A stretch of 64,000 nt of DNA from an uncultured Mesorhizobium sp. (lineage in GTDB: Bacteria > Pseudomonadota > Alphaproteobacteria > Rhizobiales > Rhizobiaceae). The notes beneath the pieces were generated by a model that had not been told where the DNA came from, ran no database searches, and worked only from the letters and a program-made list of their open reading frames with translations. Each line of letters starts with the position of its first letter. Position 1 is the first letter of the stretch. Of the stretch, positions 12,867-22,246 are shown in pieces. The DNA is taken from the NCBI GenBank assembly GCA_963522145.1, contig CAUQXI010000016.1:3569-67568 (forward strand). The letters run 5' to 3'. The position numbers and the translations under genes are program-made.

Positions 12867-15488
12867 TCAAGCCGCAGTCACGAAGCCATCCAGAACGCGC
12901 TTCTGCCCGGCGCGATCGAAATCGATCGTGAGCTTGTTGCCCTCCACGGACGCAACCTGTCCACCGCCGAACTTCTGGTGGAACACACGGTCGCCGATCT
13001 TGAAGGCTGCGGGCTCATTCGAAACGGACTTCGCCACCAGCTCGCCATCGATGGTGCGGCCCTTGATCGAGCCTCGGCCGGCGCCGAAACCGGAGTCGGT
13101 CTCGCCATAGCCGATCCGCTCGATGCCGACGCCTGAACGCATGCCCCAATTACCGCGTGTGGCTTCGGTCTGGTTCGCCTGGGCGCGCTGCCAGCCCGGC
13201 GTGCGGTAGGTGTTGGCAAAAGGCTCGGACTGCGCCTTGTCGAAGCGTGAGGCGCCGTAAGGGTTGCGCCGCCCGCCGAAGCTGCCGCCGCCGTAGCCGC
13301 CATGGCTGTTGCCGCTTTCGGTTACTTCGACATGGGCCTCGGGAAGCTCGTCCAGAAAGCGGGACGGGATCGTGGTCTGCCACAACCCATGGATGCGCCG
13401 GTTGGATACGAACCAGAGGAAAAGGTTCTTCTTGGCGCGCGTCAGGCCGACATAGGCCAGACGCCGCTCTTCCTCGAGCCCCGCGCGGCCCCCTTCATCC
13501 AGCGCGCGCTGATGGGGGAACAGGCCTTCCTCCCAGCCGGGAAGGAACACAGTCTCGAATTCCAGCCCCTTGGCGGAATGCAGCGTCATGAGGCTGACGG
13601 CGTCGAGCTCCTCGTTGCGCTCGGTATCCATCACCAACGCGACATGCTCGAGGAACGAGCGGAGCGACTCGTAATCCTCCATGGAGCGCACGAGTTCCTT
13701 GAGGTTCTCCAGCCGCCCGGGCGCTTCCGCCGAACGGTCGTTCTTCCACATTGCCGTGTAGCCGCTTTCGTCCAGGATCAGCTCGGCCAATTCGGTATGC
13801 GGCGTGTTTTCCAGCGCCTTCTGCCAGCGCGAGAAGTTGGCGACCACCTCGCGCAGGGCGGCGCGGGGCTTGGCCTTGAGCTCGTCCGACTCGGCTAGTT
13901 CGCCAGCTGCTTCCAGTAGGGGAACTCGGAGCCGCCGTGCCGTGTCGTGGATCTGCCTGATGGCGATGTCGCCAAGGCCGCGTTTGGGCACGTTGACGAT
14001 GCGCTCGAAGGCAAGATCGTCCGAGGTCGAGACCGTAAGGCGAAAAAACGCCATCGCATCACGGATTTCGAGACGTTCGTAGAAGCGCGGGCCGCCGATC
14101 ACGCGATAATTCAGGCCGAGCGTGACGAAACGATCCTCGAATTCGCGCATCTGAAACGAGGCGCGCATGAGGATCGCGATGTCGTTGAGCCTAGCGCCTC
14201 GGCGCTGAAGCTGCTCGATCTCCTCGCCGACCGCGCGGGCTTCCTCTTCCGAGTCCCAGGCGGCGCGAACATTGACCTTGGGGTCGTCGGGATCGGGCGC
14301 ATCAGTGAAGAGCGTCTTGCCCAAGCGATCCGCATTGTGCGCGATGAGATGCGAGGCAGCGCCGAGGATATGAGCGGTCGAGCGGTAGTTGCGCTCCAGC
14401 CGGATCACGGTCGCGCCCGGAAAATCCTTTTCAAAGCGCAGGATGTTGTCCACCTCCGCGCCACGCCAGCCATAAATCGACTGATCGTCGTCGCCCACGC
14501 AGCAGATGTTGACGGTGTTGTTTTCGCTTGCGGGCTGATCCGCGCCTTCCGGCGCGGGCCCTCCGCGGGGGCCTCGCATGGGCTCGGACGCTCGGTCGGG
14601 CTTGCGGCCTTCGGCCGTGACCGCCGGTGGGGTTGCGGCTGCACGACGTGCTGCATCCGGGCGCTGAGCGAGCAGGCGCAGCCACATATACTGGGCGGTG
14701 TTGGTGTCCTGATACTCGTCCACCAGGATGTACTTGAAGCGGCGGTGATATTCCTTGAGCACGTCGGGGTGATCGCGGAAAATGCGGATCGGGTGAAGAA
14801 GCAGGTCGCCGAAGTCGCAGGCGTTGAGCGTCTTCAACCGCTCCTGATAGGCCGCGTAGAGATGGCGTCCTTTGCCGTTGCCGAATGCGCGGGCATCGCC
14901 TTCGGAGATGTCCTTGGGCGCGAGCCCCTTATTCTTCCAGCTATCGATCATGCCCGCGAACTGCCGCGCGGGCCAGCGCTTCTCGTCCAGATTCTCGGCC
15001 TGGATGAGTTGCTTGATCAGTCGGTTCACATCGTCCGTGTCGAGGATGGTGAAGTCGGAGCGCAGGCCTGCCATCTCGGCATGGCGGCGCAGGAGCTTGA
15101 CTCCGATGGAGTGGAAGGTGCCGAGCCATGGCATGCCCTCCACCGCTTCGCCCACGAGCTTGCCGATGCGCGTCTTCATCTCGCGCGCGGCCTTGTTGGT
15201 GAAGGTCACCGCCAGGATCTGCGACGGGTAGGCGCGGCCGGTCGCCAGGATATGGGCGATCCGCGTGGTCAGCACCCGGGTTTTGCCCGTGCCCGCGCCG
15301 GCCAGCACCAGCACTGGGCCTTCCGTGGTTTCGACTGCCAACCTTTGCTCGGGATTCAGCCCGTCGAGGTAGCTCGACGGAGGTGGCGCATCCGCGCGCT
15401 GGCCCATGGCGCGCGCGGCAATGCCGCCCGGTTTCACGCCGACGCGGCTCACGGACGAACCGTGCGGATCATCGAAAAAGGCTGACAT
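12867..15488 (-). CDS. uvrD: UvrD/PcrA ATP-dependent DNA helicase
   Basis: AGAGTGKT, VTFTNKAA, LVDEYQD, VGDDDQSIY, LERNYRS, TLHSAKGLEF, EEERRLAYVGLTRA; C-terminal Tudor-like domain; start MSAFF at 15488. Confidence 0.96.
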   Translation of the reverse strand: MSAFFDDPHGSSVSRVGVKPGGIAARAMGQRADAPPPSSYLDGLNPEQRLAVETTEGPVLVLAGAGTGKTRVLTTRIAHILATGRAYPSQILAVTFTNKAAREMKTRIGKLVGEAVEGMPWLGTFHSIGVKLLRRHAEMAGLRSDFTILDTDDVNRLIKQLIQAENLDEKRWPARQFAGMIDSWKNKGLAPKDISEGDARAFGNGKGRHLYAAYQERLKTLNACDFGDLLLHPIRIFRDHPDVLKEYHRRFKYILVDEYQDTNTAQYMWLRLLAQRPDAARRAAATPPAVTAEGRKPDRASEPMRGPRGGPAPEGADQPASENNTVNICCVGDDDQSIYGWRGAEVDNILRFEKDFPGATVIRLERNYRSTAHILGAASHLIAHNADRLGKTLFTDAPDPDDPKVNVRAAWDSEEEARAVGEEIEQLQRRGARLNDIAILMRASFQMREFEDRFVTLGLNYRVIGGPRFYERLEIRDAMAFFRLTVSTSDDLAFERIVNVPKRGLGDIAIRQIHDTARRLRVPLLEAAGELAESDELKAKPRAALREVVANFSRWQKALENTPHTELAELILDESGYTAMWKNDRSAEAPGRLENLKELVRSMEDYESLRSFLEHVALVMDTERNEELDAVSLMTLHSAKGLEFETVFLPGWEEGLFPHQRALDEGGRAGLEEERRLAYVGLTRAKKNLFLWFVSNRRIHGLWQTTIPSRFLDELPEAHVEVTESGNSHGGYGGGSFGGRRNPYGASRFDKAQSEPFANTYRTPGWQRAQANQTEATRGNWGMRSGVGIERIGYGETDSGFGAGRGSIKGRTIDGELVAKSVSNEPAAFKIGDRVFHQKFGGGQVASVEGNKLTIDFDRAGQKRVLDGFVTAA
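14514..14657. repeat. In-frame, hairpin-rich 144-bp insertion within uvrD
   Basis: Extra 48 aa between LLAQRP and VNICCVGD; stems ccgcgcc-ttcc-ggcgcgg, ggccc..gggcc and cggcc-ttc-ggccg. Confidence 0.55.
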
Positions 15489-15516
15489 AGCCGCGCAATG
15501 TAGTGATTCGGGATGA

Positions 15517-15531
15517 GAACACCAGCAGAAC
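15517..15531. promoter_or_regulatory. Alphaproteobacterial LexA (SOS) box upstream of uvrD
   Basis: GAAC-accagca-GAAC (GTTC-N7-GTTC on the coding strand), 28 bp upstream of the start. Confidence 0.75.
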
Positions 15532-15866
15532 ACGCGGCAGGCCGTGCCTGCTTTGAACCTGATGCGCTCCGCGCCTCGGATGATGGATGAACAAGACAGC
15601 GCCGCTGTTTCTCGAGTCGGCGGAATCACTTGGAGGTGATGGTTCTCGTCTTGGATGAAGCCAAGCCGGCCTCTTCAACCGACCGCGCCGCCCCCAGCAG
15701 TGTAGTTCTTTCTGATCTCCGCCGCCTTTCCGCCGAGACCCGCAGAAGGCTCGGCGAGCCCTTGCGCCGGGCAATCAAAATTCTGCTAAGCGAAGTCGTC
15801 GGCGATCGAAGAGCGCGCGCACCAGGCCGCCCTCGCATCTCTAGCTTTCGGAGGAGGACAACAAAT

Positions 15867-17285
15867 ATGGCGCTCAAGGATATCGGCAGGCCACAGCGAA
15901 ACGATGCGGGGATCGGCGCCGCTCTGCCTATCCTCAGGCAGCGGTTCGGTGAGCGCTTCCATACGAGCGAGGCGATGCGGTCCACTCACGCGCATACGAC
16001 CACCTATATTCCGACCGAGATGCCGGATGGCGTGTTCTTCGCAGGATCGACCGCCGAGGTGTCGGATGCCGTAAAGATCTGCGCCGAGCATCGGGTGCCG
16101 GTCATCCCTTTCGGCACCGGCTCCTCGCTGGAGGGGCATGTGAACGCGCCGGCGGGCGGCATCTCGATCGACACCTCCGGCATGAACCGCATCCTGGCCG
16201 TTCACCCCGAAGACCTCGATTGCACCGTCGAGCCCGGCGTCACCCGGGAGGCGCTGAACACGCATCTACGTGACACGGGGCTGTTCTTCCCGATCGACCC
16301 CGGCGCGAATGCGAGCCTCGGAGGCATGGCGGCAACGCGGGCTTCCGGCACCAATGCGGTGCGCTACGGCACTATGCGCGAGAATGTGATCGCGCTCGAA
16401 GCAGTGATGGCCGACGGGACGGTGGTGCAGACCGCCCGGCGCGCCCGGAAGACGTCCGCCGGCTATGATCTCACCCGCCTTCTCGTTGGCTCCGAAGGCA
16501 CGCTCGGCGTGATCACCGGCCTGACGTTGAAGTTGCAGGGGATCCCGGAAGCGATCTCCGGCGGTGTCTGCCCCTTCCCGAGCGTGGAGGGCGCCTGCGA
16601 TGCGGTGATCGCGACGATCCAGAGCGGCATTCCCGTGGCGCGCATCGAACTGGTCAATGCTCTCCACATGCGTGCGCTCAAGAACTACTCGGCTCTGCCT
16701 TATCCGGAAAGCCCGTGCCTGTTTCTCGAATTCCACGGCTCGCCGTCGAGCGTGGCCGAGCAGGCCGAGCGCTTCGGCGGAATCGCCGAGGAGTGGGGCG
16801 GCGGGCCGTTCCTGTGGACGGCGGTGGCGGAGGAGCGTGCCAAGCTGTGGAAGGCGCGCCATGACGCCTACTGGGCGTCGCTCACCCTGCGGCCCGGCGC
16901 AAAGGGTCTGTCCACCGATGTCTGCGTGCCGATCTCGCGTCTGGCGGAATGTATCACGGAAACGGAAGCGGACATCGCCGAGGCCGGGCTGATCGCGCCC
17001 ATCGTGGGACATGTCGGTGACGGCAACTTCCATGTGATGGTCCTGATCGACACGGGCAATCCTGCCGAGATCACGTCTGCCGAAGCCTTTGTGTCGCGCC
17101 TCAACGACCGCGCGCTCCGCATGGAAGGAACCTGCACGGGCGAGCATGGCATCGGTCAGGGCAAGATGGGCTTTCTCCAGGCTGAACTCGGGCGTGGGGT
17201 CGAGGTGATGCGGGTCATCAAGCGGGCACTCGATCCGCTCAACATCATGAATCCCGGAAAAATCCTGTTCGCGGCAGGAACTTAG
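15867..17285 (+). CDS. FAD-linked oxidase, D-lactate dehydrogenase/GlcD-like
   Basis: PFGTGSSLEGH, PIDPGA.ASLGGM..TRASGT, GSEGTLG, GHVGDGNFH, TGEHGIG, LDP.NIMNPGK; RBS ggagga. Confidence 0.9.
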   Translation: MALKDIGRPQRNDAGIGAALPILRQRFGERFHTSEAMRSTHAHTTTYIPTEMPDGVFFAGSTAEVSDAVKICAEHRVPVIPFGTGSSLEGHVNAPAGGISIDTSGMNRILAVHPEDLDCTVEPGVTREALNTHLRDTGLFFPIDPGANASLGGMAATRASGTNAVRYGTMRENVIALEAVMADGTVVQTARRARKTSAGYDLTRLLVGSEGTLGVITGLTLKLQGIPEAISGGVCPFPSVEGACDAVIATIQSGIPVARIELVNALHMRALKNYSALPYPESPCLFLEFHGSPSSVAEQAERFGGIAEEWGGGPFLWTAVAEERAKLWKARHDAYWASLTLRPGAKGLSTDVCVPISRLAECITETEADIAEAGLIAPIVGHVGDGNFHVMVLIDTGNPAEITSAEAFVSRLNDRALRMEGTCTGEHGIGQGKMGFLQAELGRGVEVMRVIKRALDPLNIMNPGKILFAAGT

Positions 17286-17365
17286 GCGGCGTTCGCCGCG
17301 CCATTTTCTCGACATGCTGACGCTCCTATGGTGAAGGTCGGAGCCGTTCGGTAGCTAGGCGGTCG

Positions 17366-20300
17366 ATGCTCGCGCGCTTGTTCATCTTTTTCGGCGGATT
17401 GCTTGTGGTGGCGCTGTTCACAGCGCTTCTTGCACCGCTTTTTATCGACTGGAGTTCGTATCGCGGCGATTTCGAGCGCGAGGCGAGCGCTGTGCTCGGA
17501 CGCCGCGTGACCGTGCGCGGCGACGCCGAGGCGAGGCTGCTGCCGTTTCCGTCGCTTTCTTTCTCGGATGTCGTGGTCGGCGAGCCGGATGCACCGGCCC
17601 TGACGGTCGAAACCTTCTCCATGGACGCGGAGCTCGCTCCGTTCATGAGCGGCGAGTTCCGCATCTTCGACATGCGGCTCGTGCGGCCGAAGATGCGCGT
17701 CGACCTGGCGGCGGACGGAACGGTGGACTGGGCAGTTCGGCCGTCCACGCCGTTCGATCCACGCCACACCTCGCTGGAAAAGCTCACCTTGCTTGAAGGC
17801 GAGGTCACCATCCACCACGCGTTGAGCGGACGCGTTCATCGCCTCACCGAGATCAACGCCGACCTGTCTGCCCGCTCGCTCGCGGGACCCTGGCGCGCGG
17901 ACGGCTCGTTGCGCGTCGACGGCATGCGGACGAAGCTTTCGGCATCGACAAGCACTGCCGAGAACGGCGCGATGCGGCTGAAGCTGACGGCTGCGCCGGA
18001 GCCGCTCGGCATGAGCCTCACGGCAGAAGGGGATGTCCGCATCCGTAACGGGGTTGCGGATTATGCGGGAACGTTCCGGGCAGCGGAGATCGTGGCTCCG
18101 CCCGCTGCGGGCAAAGCAGTGCGCGACGCGAAGGATCAGGCTGCTCCGGCCTACCGGCTCAGCGGCAGCTTCACGTTTGATCACCGGCAGCTTGCGGTGG
18201 ATACCTTCCGCTTCGAAACGGGGCCACTCGACGATCCCTATACGGCAGACGGAAAGGCGCGGGTGGAACTGGGCAGCGCGCCCCGCTTCGCGATCGAGGC
18301 ACAGGGCGCGCAAGTGCGGCTCGACCGACCGGAGGGGACAGAAGGAGACCCGGCCGCACCGCCCCTGACCTTCGAGGAGCGGCTGCTGCGCTTCGAGGAG
18401 GCCGTGCAGAACCTGCCGCAGATTTCCATTCCGGGCACAATCGATGTCACCCTGCCGGCTATCGTTGCCGGCGACACCACGGTGCGCGATGTGACGCTTT
18501 CCGTTCAGCCGGAAAAGGGCCGCTGGCAGGTCGGAAAGCTTGCGGCGACCCTGCCGGGACGCGCGACGCTGGAAGCAAGCGGCATCCTCCATACGGGCGA
18601 AGGGATCGGATTCGATGGAACGCTGCTGCTGGCGGTGGCGCAGCCGTCCGGCTTCGCCGCCTGGCTTGCGCGCGATGTGGACGAGGCCGTGCGGCGCCTG
18701 CCCGCCGCCGGGTTCAATGCCAAGGTCTCGTTGAGCCGCGCCGAGCAGAAATTCGACGACCTCGAACTCGTGCTCGGCGGCGCCACGCTTCGCGGCTCCA
18801 TCGACAGCCTGCTGCCTCTGCGCGGTCGCCCTTCCGCGACGATCCGGCTCGACGGCGGCACGCTGGATCTTGATCAGGCGGCTGCCTTTGCTTCGCTCTT
18901 CGTCAGCGAAAAGGGCGAGAACCATTTTGCAGGGCGCGACCTCGATCTTGAGGTCAAGGCTGGTCCGGTTGCCGGGGCCGGCGTCGCGGCCGATGAGGTC
19001 GATGCCGCGCTGCGCTTGCGTGACGAGCGGCTGGAAATCCGCCGCTTGGTTCTGCGTGGCTTTGCCGGCGCGACCGTCGATGCGACCGGGCAGATTTCGG
19101 ATCTCGGCCGTGTGCCTTCCATCCGGATCGACGGGACGGTGGAAGCCGATGACCTCACCCCGCTGATCACGCTGGCTTCCACCCGCTTTCCGGCAACGCC
19201 CGTGCTGGATCGGCTGCCCGCACAGGCTGCCGCTATTCCGGGCCTCCTGAACGCCTCACATCTGGCGCTGTCCCTGCGCGTTGACGGCGACGATCCTTTG
19301 CAGCGTGCGATGTCGCTGTTCGTTGAAGGTGAAACCGGCGGAACGATCGTCAAGGCTCAACTGACGGGCACGGGCGACCCCGCTCATCCGGCAACTGCTA
19401 AAGCCGCGCTGAGCGCCTCGGCACGCAATGAGGACGGCACGCGCCTGCTCGCGCTATCGGGGCTGCCGGTCCTGCCGCTCGATCTGGTCGGCTCGGCGGA
19501 ACTGTCGCTTTCCGCAACAGGCACCGCGGAAGGCGGGCTTGCGACAAAGGCGAGCTTGAGCGGCGACAACTTCACGCTCGGCTTTGATGGCACGGTATCG
19601 TCCGGCTCGCGCGGAAACGCAGCCAGCGGCGCCCTTCGCCTCGACACGAGAGACATCGAACCCTGGATGCAGACCATCGGCGCCGGTCTGCCGGGCTTCG
19701 GTCTCGGCACGCCGGTCGAACTGGCGGCCGATGCCGACTATTCCGACGGCCTGCTGGTGCTTTCGGCGCTCGACGGAAGCGTTGATGAGGGCAAGGTCGA
19801 GGGCGACGTGAACATCGCCTGGAAAGACGGTGTTCCGGACCTTTCCGGTGCTCTGTCGCTCGACGCATTGGAGCTCGACCGCGCCGCTTCGGTGGTCGTC
19901 GGTGCCGAGGCGTTCGACGCTGAGGAGGGCATGTGGCCTTCGATCCCTTTCCGCCAGACGCCGGCATCTCCCTTCACGCTGGCCTTCGATCTTGCGGTCG
20001 GGACGCTGTCGGCCGGTGATCTGGGCGCGCTTCAATCGGCCAACTTTTCGCTCAAGCTGGACGGCACCCGGATCGCGCTAGACGGGCTGACCGGAACGCT
20101 GCACGGCGGCGCGGTCAAGGCAAGCGCCGAGTTGAAGAACAGCGCCGGCACCGGCCTGTTCACCTCGCAGTTCAGCATCGCTGGCGCGGAAGCCGCAATG
20201 CTTCTCCAGCAGAGCGGGATCAGCGGGCAGGCCGACGCTGCGGCGAGCCTGAGCGCGAACGGCAAGACCGTCGGCGGACTGGTGACGAACCTTGCGGGAT

Positions 20301-21130
20301 CGGGAACTGCGAGCCTGCGCGATCTCAAGCTGCAGAACATCAATGAAGGCGCCTTTCCCCATTTGATCGCGCAGGCCGACACGATCGGGCGCGATGTCGA
20401 TGCGGATGATGCCGCTCGCTTCGCGCCGCCGATCCTGGCTGCCGGCAACTTCACCGCGCCTCGCGCCGAAATGGCCTTCACAGTCGCCGGCGGCGTTCTG
20501 CGCTCACCCACGGTCACGCTGGACGGAAGCGAGGCGAAAATGTCGGCTGATCTGAGGATCGACCTCAACACAGGCGATGTCGGCGTGAACGGCGCGCTTC
20601 TGCTCGATCCGGGTGAAGACGCTCTGGTAGGCTCCGAGCCCACGGTGAATTTTTCTCGCGGAGGACCGCTGGCGACCGCTGGTCTCCGCTTCGACACTGC
20701 GCCGCTGGGCCAGTTCCTGACGCAGCGGGCGCTGGAGCGGGAGCAAGCGCGGGTGGAAGCCATGCAGGCCGAGCTGCTCGAAAAGCAGCGCCTTCGCCGC
20801 GAGGCGCGTCTTTATTCCACCCTGGCAAGCGAACGCGCTGCGATCGCGGCCGAGCTGATCCGTCAGGAAGAAGCCGCGCGCATCAGGGCGGAGGAGCGTG
20901 CGGCAGCGGAGGCGGAAGAGGCCAGGCGCCGGGCCGAAGAACAGGAAAGGCAGCGGGCGGAGGAGGCCGAACGCGTGCGCACTGAAGAGGGCCGTCGCAA
21001 AGCCCAGGCGGCGCAGGCCGAGGAGGCTGGTCAGGCGCGTCGCGCGGCGCAGGAGCGTCCATCAGCCGCCGGGGAACAGGCTGCGCCGCCAACCAGCCTC
21101 GATCTGGAGCAGTTCGACCCGGCGCTGTGA
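17366..21130 (+). CDS. AsmA-family envelope protein
   Basis: N-terminal TM followed by PLFIDW..YR..FEREAS..LGR.V; long beta-rich body; charged helical C-terminal tail; 1254 aa. Confidence 0.85.
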   Translation: MLARLFIFFGGLLVVALFTALLAPLFIDWSSYRGDFEREASAVLGRRVTVRGDAEARLLPFPSLSFSDVVVGEPDAPALTVETFSMDAELAPFMSGEFRIFDMRLVRPKMRVDLAADGTVDWAVRPSTPFDPRHTSLEKLTLLEGEVTIHHALSGRVHRLTEINADLSARSLAGPWRADGSLRVDGMRTKLSASTSTAENGAMRLKLTAAPEPLGMSLTAEGDVRIRNGVADYAGTFRAAEIVAPPAAGKAVRDAKDQAAPAYRLSGSFTFDHRQLAVDTFRFETGPLDDPYTADGKARVELGSAPRFAIEAQGAQVRLDRPEGTEGDPAAPPLTFEERLLRFEEAVQNLPQISIPGTIDVTLPAIVAGDTTVRDVTLSVQPEKGRWQVGKLAATLPGRATLEASGILHTGEGIGFDGTLLLAVAQPSGFAAWLARDVDEAVRRLPAAGFNAKVSLSRAEQKFDDLELVLGGATLRGSIDSLLPLRGRPSATIRLDGGTLDLDQAAAFASLFVSEKGENHFAGRDLDLEVKAGPVAGAGVAADEVDAALRLRDERLEIRRLVLRGFAGATVDATGQISDLGRVPSIRIDGTVEADDLTPLITLASTRFPATPVLDRLPAQAAAIPGLLNASHLALSLRVDGDDPLQRAMSLFVEGETGGTIVKAQLTGTGDPAHPATAKAALSASARNEDGTRLLALSGLPVLPLDLVGSAELSLSATGTAEGGLATKASLSGDNFTLGFDGTVSSGSRGNAASGALRLDTRDIEPWMQTIGAGLPGFGLGTPVELAADADYSDGLLVLSALDGSVDEGKVEGDVNIAWKDGVPDLSGALSLDALELDRAASVVVGAEAFDAEEGMWPSIPFRQTPASPFTLAFDLAVGTLSAGDLGALQSANFSLKLDGTRIALDGLTGTLHGGAVKASAELKNSAGTGLFTSQFSIAGAEAAMLLQQSGISGQADAAASLSANGKTVGGLVTNLAGSGTASLRDLKLQNINEGAFPHLIAQADTIGRDVDADDAARFAPPILAAGNFTAPRAEMAFTVAGGVLRSPTVTLDGSEAKMSADLRIDLNTGDVGVNGALLLDPGEDALVGSEPTVNFSRGGPLATAGLRFDTAPLGQFLTQRALEREQARVEAMQAELLEKQRLRREARLYSTLASERAAIAAELIRQEEAARIRAEERAAAEAEEARRRAEEQERQRAEEAERVRTEEGRRKAQAAQAEEAGQARRAAQERPSAAGEQAAPPTSLDLEQFDPAL

Positions 21131-21175
21131 ACGATGTCCCGCGGGTAGGATTGGTCACTCCGTTCTGATGGGGAG

Positions 21176-21403
21176 TCAGCCTTCCGCCGTTTTTCCCTTT
21201 AGCTGGCGCAGAACGAAGATGCGCAGGGCGGAGGACAGGTTCGCGTTGCGCGGCCGTGCTTCGTCGACTTCCGCGATCAATGTGGCGAGGGGCATGGCGC
21301 GATCCGTGGCGATCGCCTGAAGTTCGGCGAAGAAGGGTTCTTCCAGCGAGAAGCTCGTGCGATGCCCGCGAATGGAAACGGAGCGCTTGCGGACGGTGCT
21401 CAA
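21176..21403 (-). CDS. Ribbon-helix-helix domain protein
   Basis: KRSVSIRGHRTSFSLE..F, NLSSALR; TTG start overlapping the upstream stop. Confidence 0.82.
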   Translation of the reverse strand: MSTVRKRSVSIRGHRTSFSLEEPFFAELQAIATDRAMPLATLIAEVDEARPRNANLSSALRIFVLRQLKGKTAEG

Positions 21404-21612
21404 CCCCGATCCGCTTCATCGGGGAGTTTTGATTGCTCGACCCGCTTGTGCCCGTCGAGATGACGGCGTGTTTGATCTGCGCTCATCCGCGCCGCTTCAC
21501 GCTCCGCCTTCGTGCGGCCGTGATGCAGGCGGCTGGCCTCGGCCGCTTGTTCTCGCTCGCTTCGATCGCGCTGCTTGCGTTTAAGGCGCAGGTTGACGAT
21601 CTCGCCGGTCAC
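21400..21612 (-). CDS. DUF4169 family protein
   Basis: EIVNLR..RKQ..R, HGRTKAER, LDGHKR. Confidence 0.8.
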   Translation of the reverse strand: MTGEIVNLRLKRKQRDRSEREQAAEASRLHHGRTKAEREAARMSADQTRRHLDGHKRVEQSKLPDEADRG

Positions 21613-21629
21613 GAAAAGATTCCCGCTGC

Positions 21630-22163
21630 TTACTTCTTGCGGAAGGCATCGAGCGACACGACTGCCGCGCCCGCCTTTCCTGTGTCGCTTGGGTCGGTAT
21701 CCGCGCTCTTTTCTTCCTTGGCCGGCTTCGGACCAGGAAGGGGCAGCGTGTCGGTCGGAACGACGGACAGGGCGACCGGCGCCTCGGCAGCCGCTTCCGC
21801 TGCCTCGATCTTGGTGTCGAACTCGAGCTCGAAATTGACCGAAGGGTCGTAAAAGCCGCGCACGGCGGCGAATGGGACTTCCAGCCGCTCGGGCACATCC
21901 GAGAAGGACAGGCCGATCTCGAAGCCGGTGTCCGACACTTTCAGATCCCAGTACTGGAACTGCACCACGATCGTCATCTGTTCGGGGTAGCGCTCCCGGA
22001 GGCGGGTCGAAATGCGCACGCCGGGCGCGTTGGTCAGGAAGGTGATGAAGAAGTGATGGTTGCCGGGCAGTCCGGCGCGCGCCACCTCGGAGAGAACCTT
22101 GCGCATGACGCCGCGCAGCGCATCCTGCGCGAGAATGTCATAGCGGATATGATCGTCGGCCAT
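21630..22163 (-). CDS. sspB: ClpXP adaptor SspB (alphaproteobacterial type)
   Basis: IRYDILAQDALRGV, LPGNHHFFITF, F.DPSV.F; C-terminal ClpX-binding VVSLDAFRKK; near ssrA. Confidence 0.92.
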   Translation of the reverse strand: MADDHIRYDILAQDALRGVMRKVLSEVARAGLPGNHHFFITFLTNAPGVRISTRLRERYPEQMTIVVQFQYWDLKVSDTGFEIGLSFSDVPERLEVPFAAVRGFYDPSVNFELEFDTKIEAAEAAAEAPVALSVVPTDTLPLPGPKPAKEEKSADTDPSDTGKAGAAVVSLDAFRKK

Positions 22164-22246
22164 GAGGCGAGCCGGGCTCCGGGTTGCAAGCCCTTCTTCT
22201 GTAATGGAGCTTCCGGCGAGCGACAACCCGAAACGCTTGTTCCGCG

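Noticed and set aside
13947..15485. Long alternative-frame ORFs (also 17282-18925, 40191-41621, 45028-46443, 50928-52310, 58098-59306, 59839-61071)
   Set aside because: They overlap well-supported genes and have no recognisable motifs. Such shadow ORFs are expected from high-GC codon bias.
15489..15866. Extended N-termini given by the ORF track (uvrD, FAD oxidase; similarly thyA, serB, ilvI, ilvC, catalase-like)
   Set aside because: The extensions lack family similarity and cover promoters or operators. Downstream starts fit RBS and family N-termini better.
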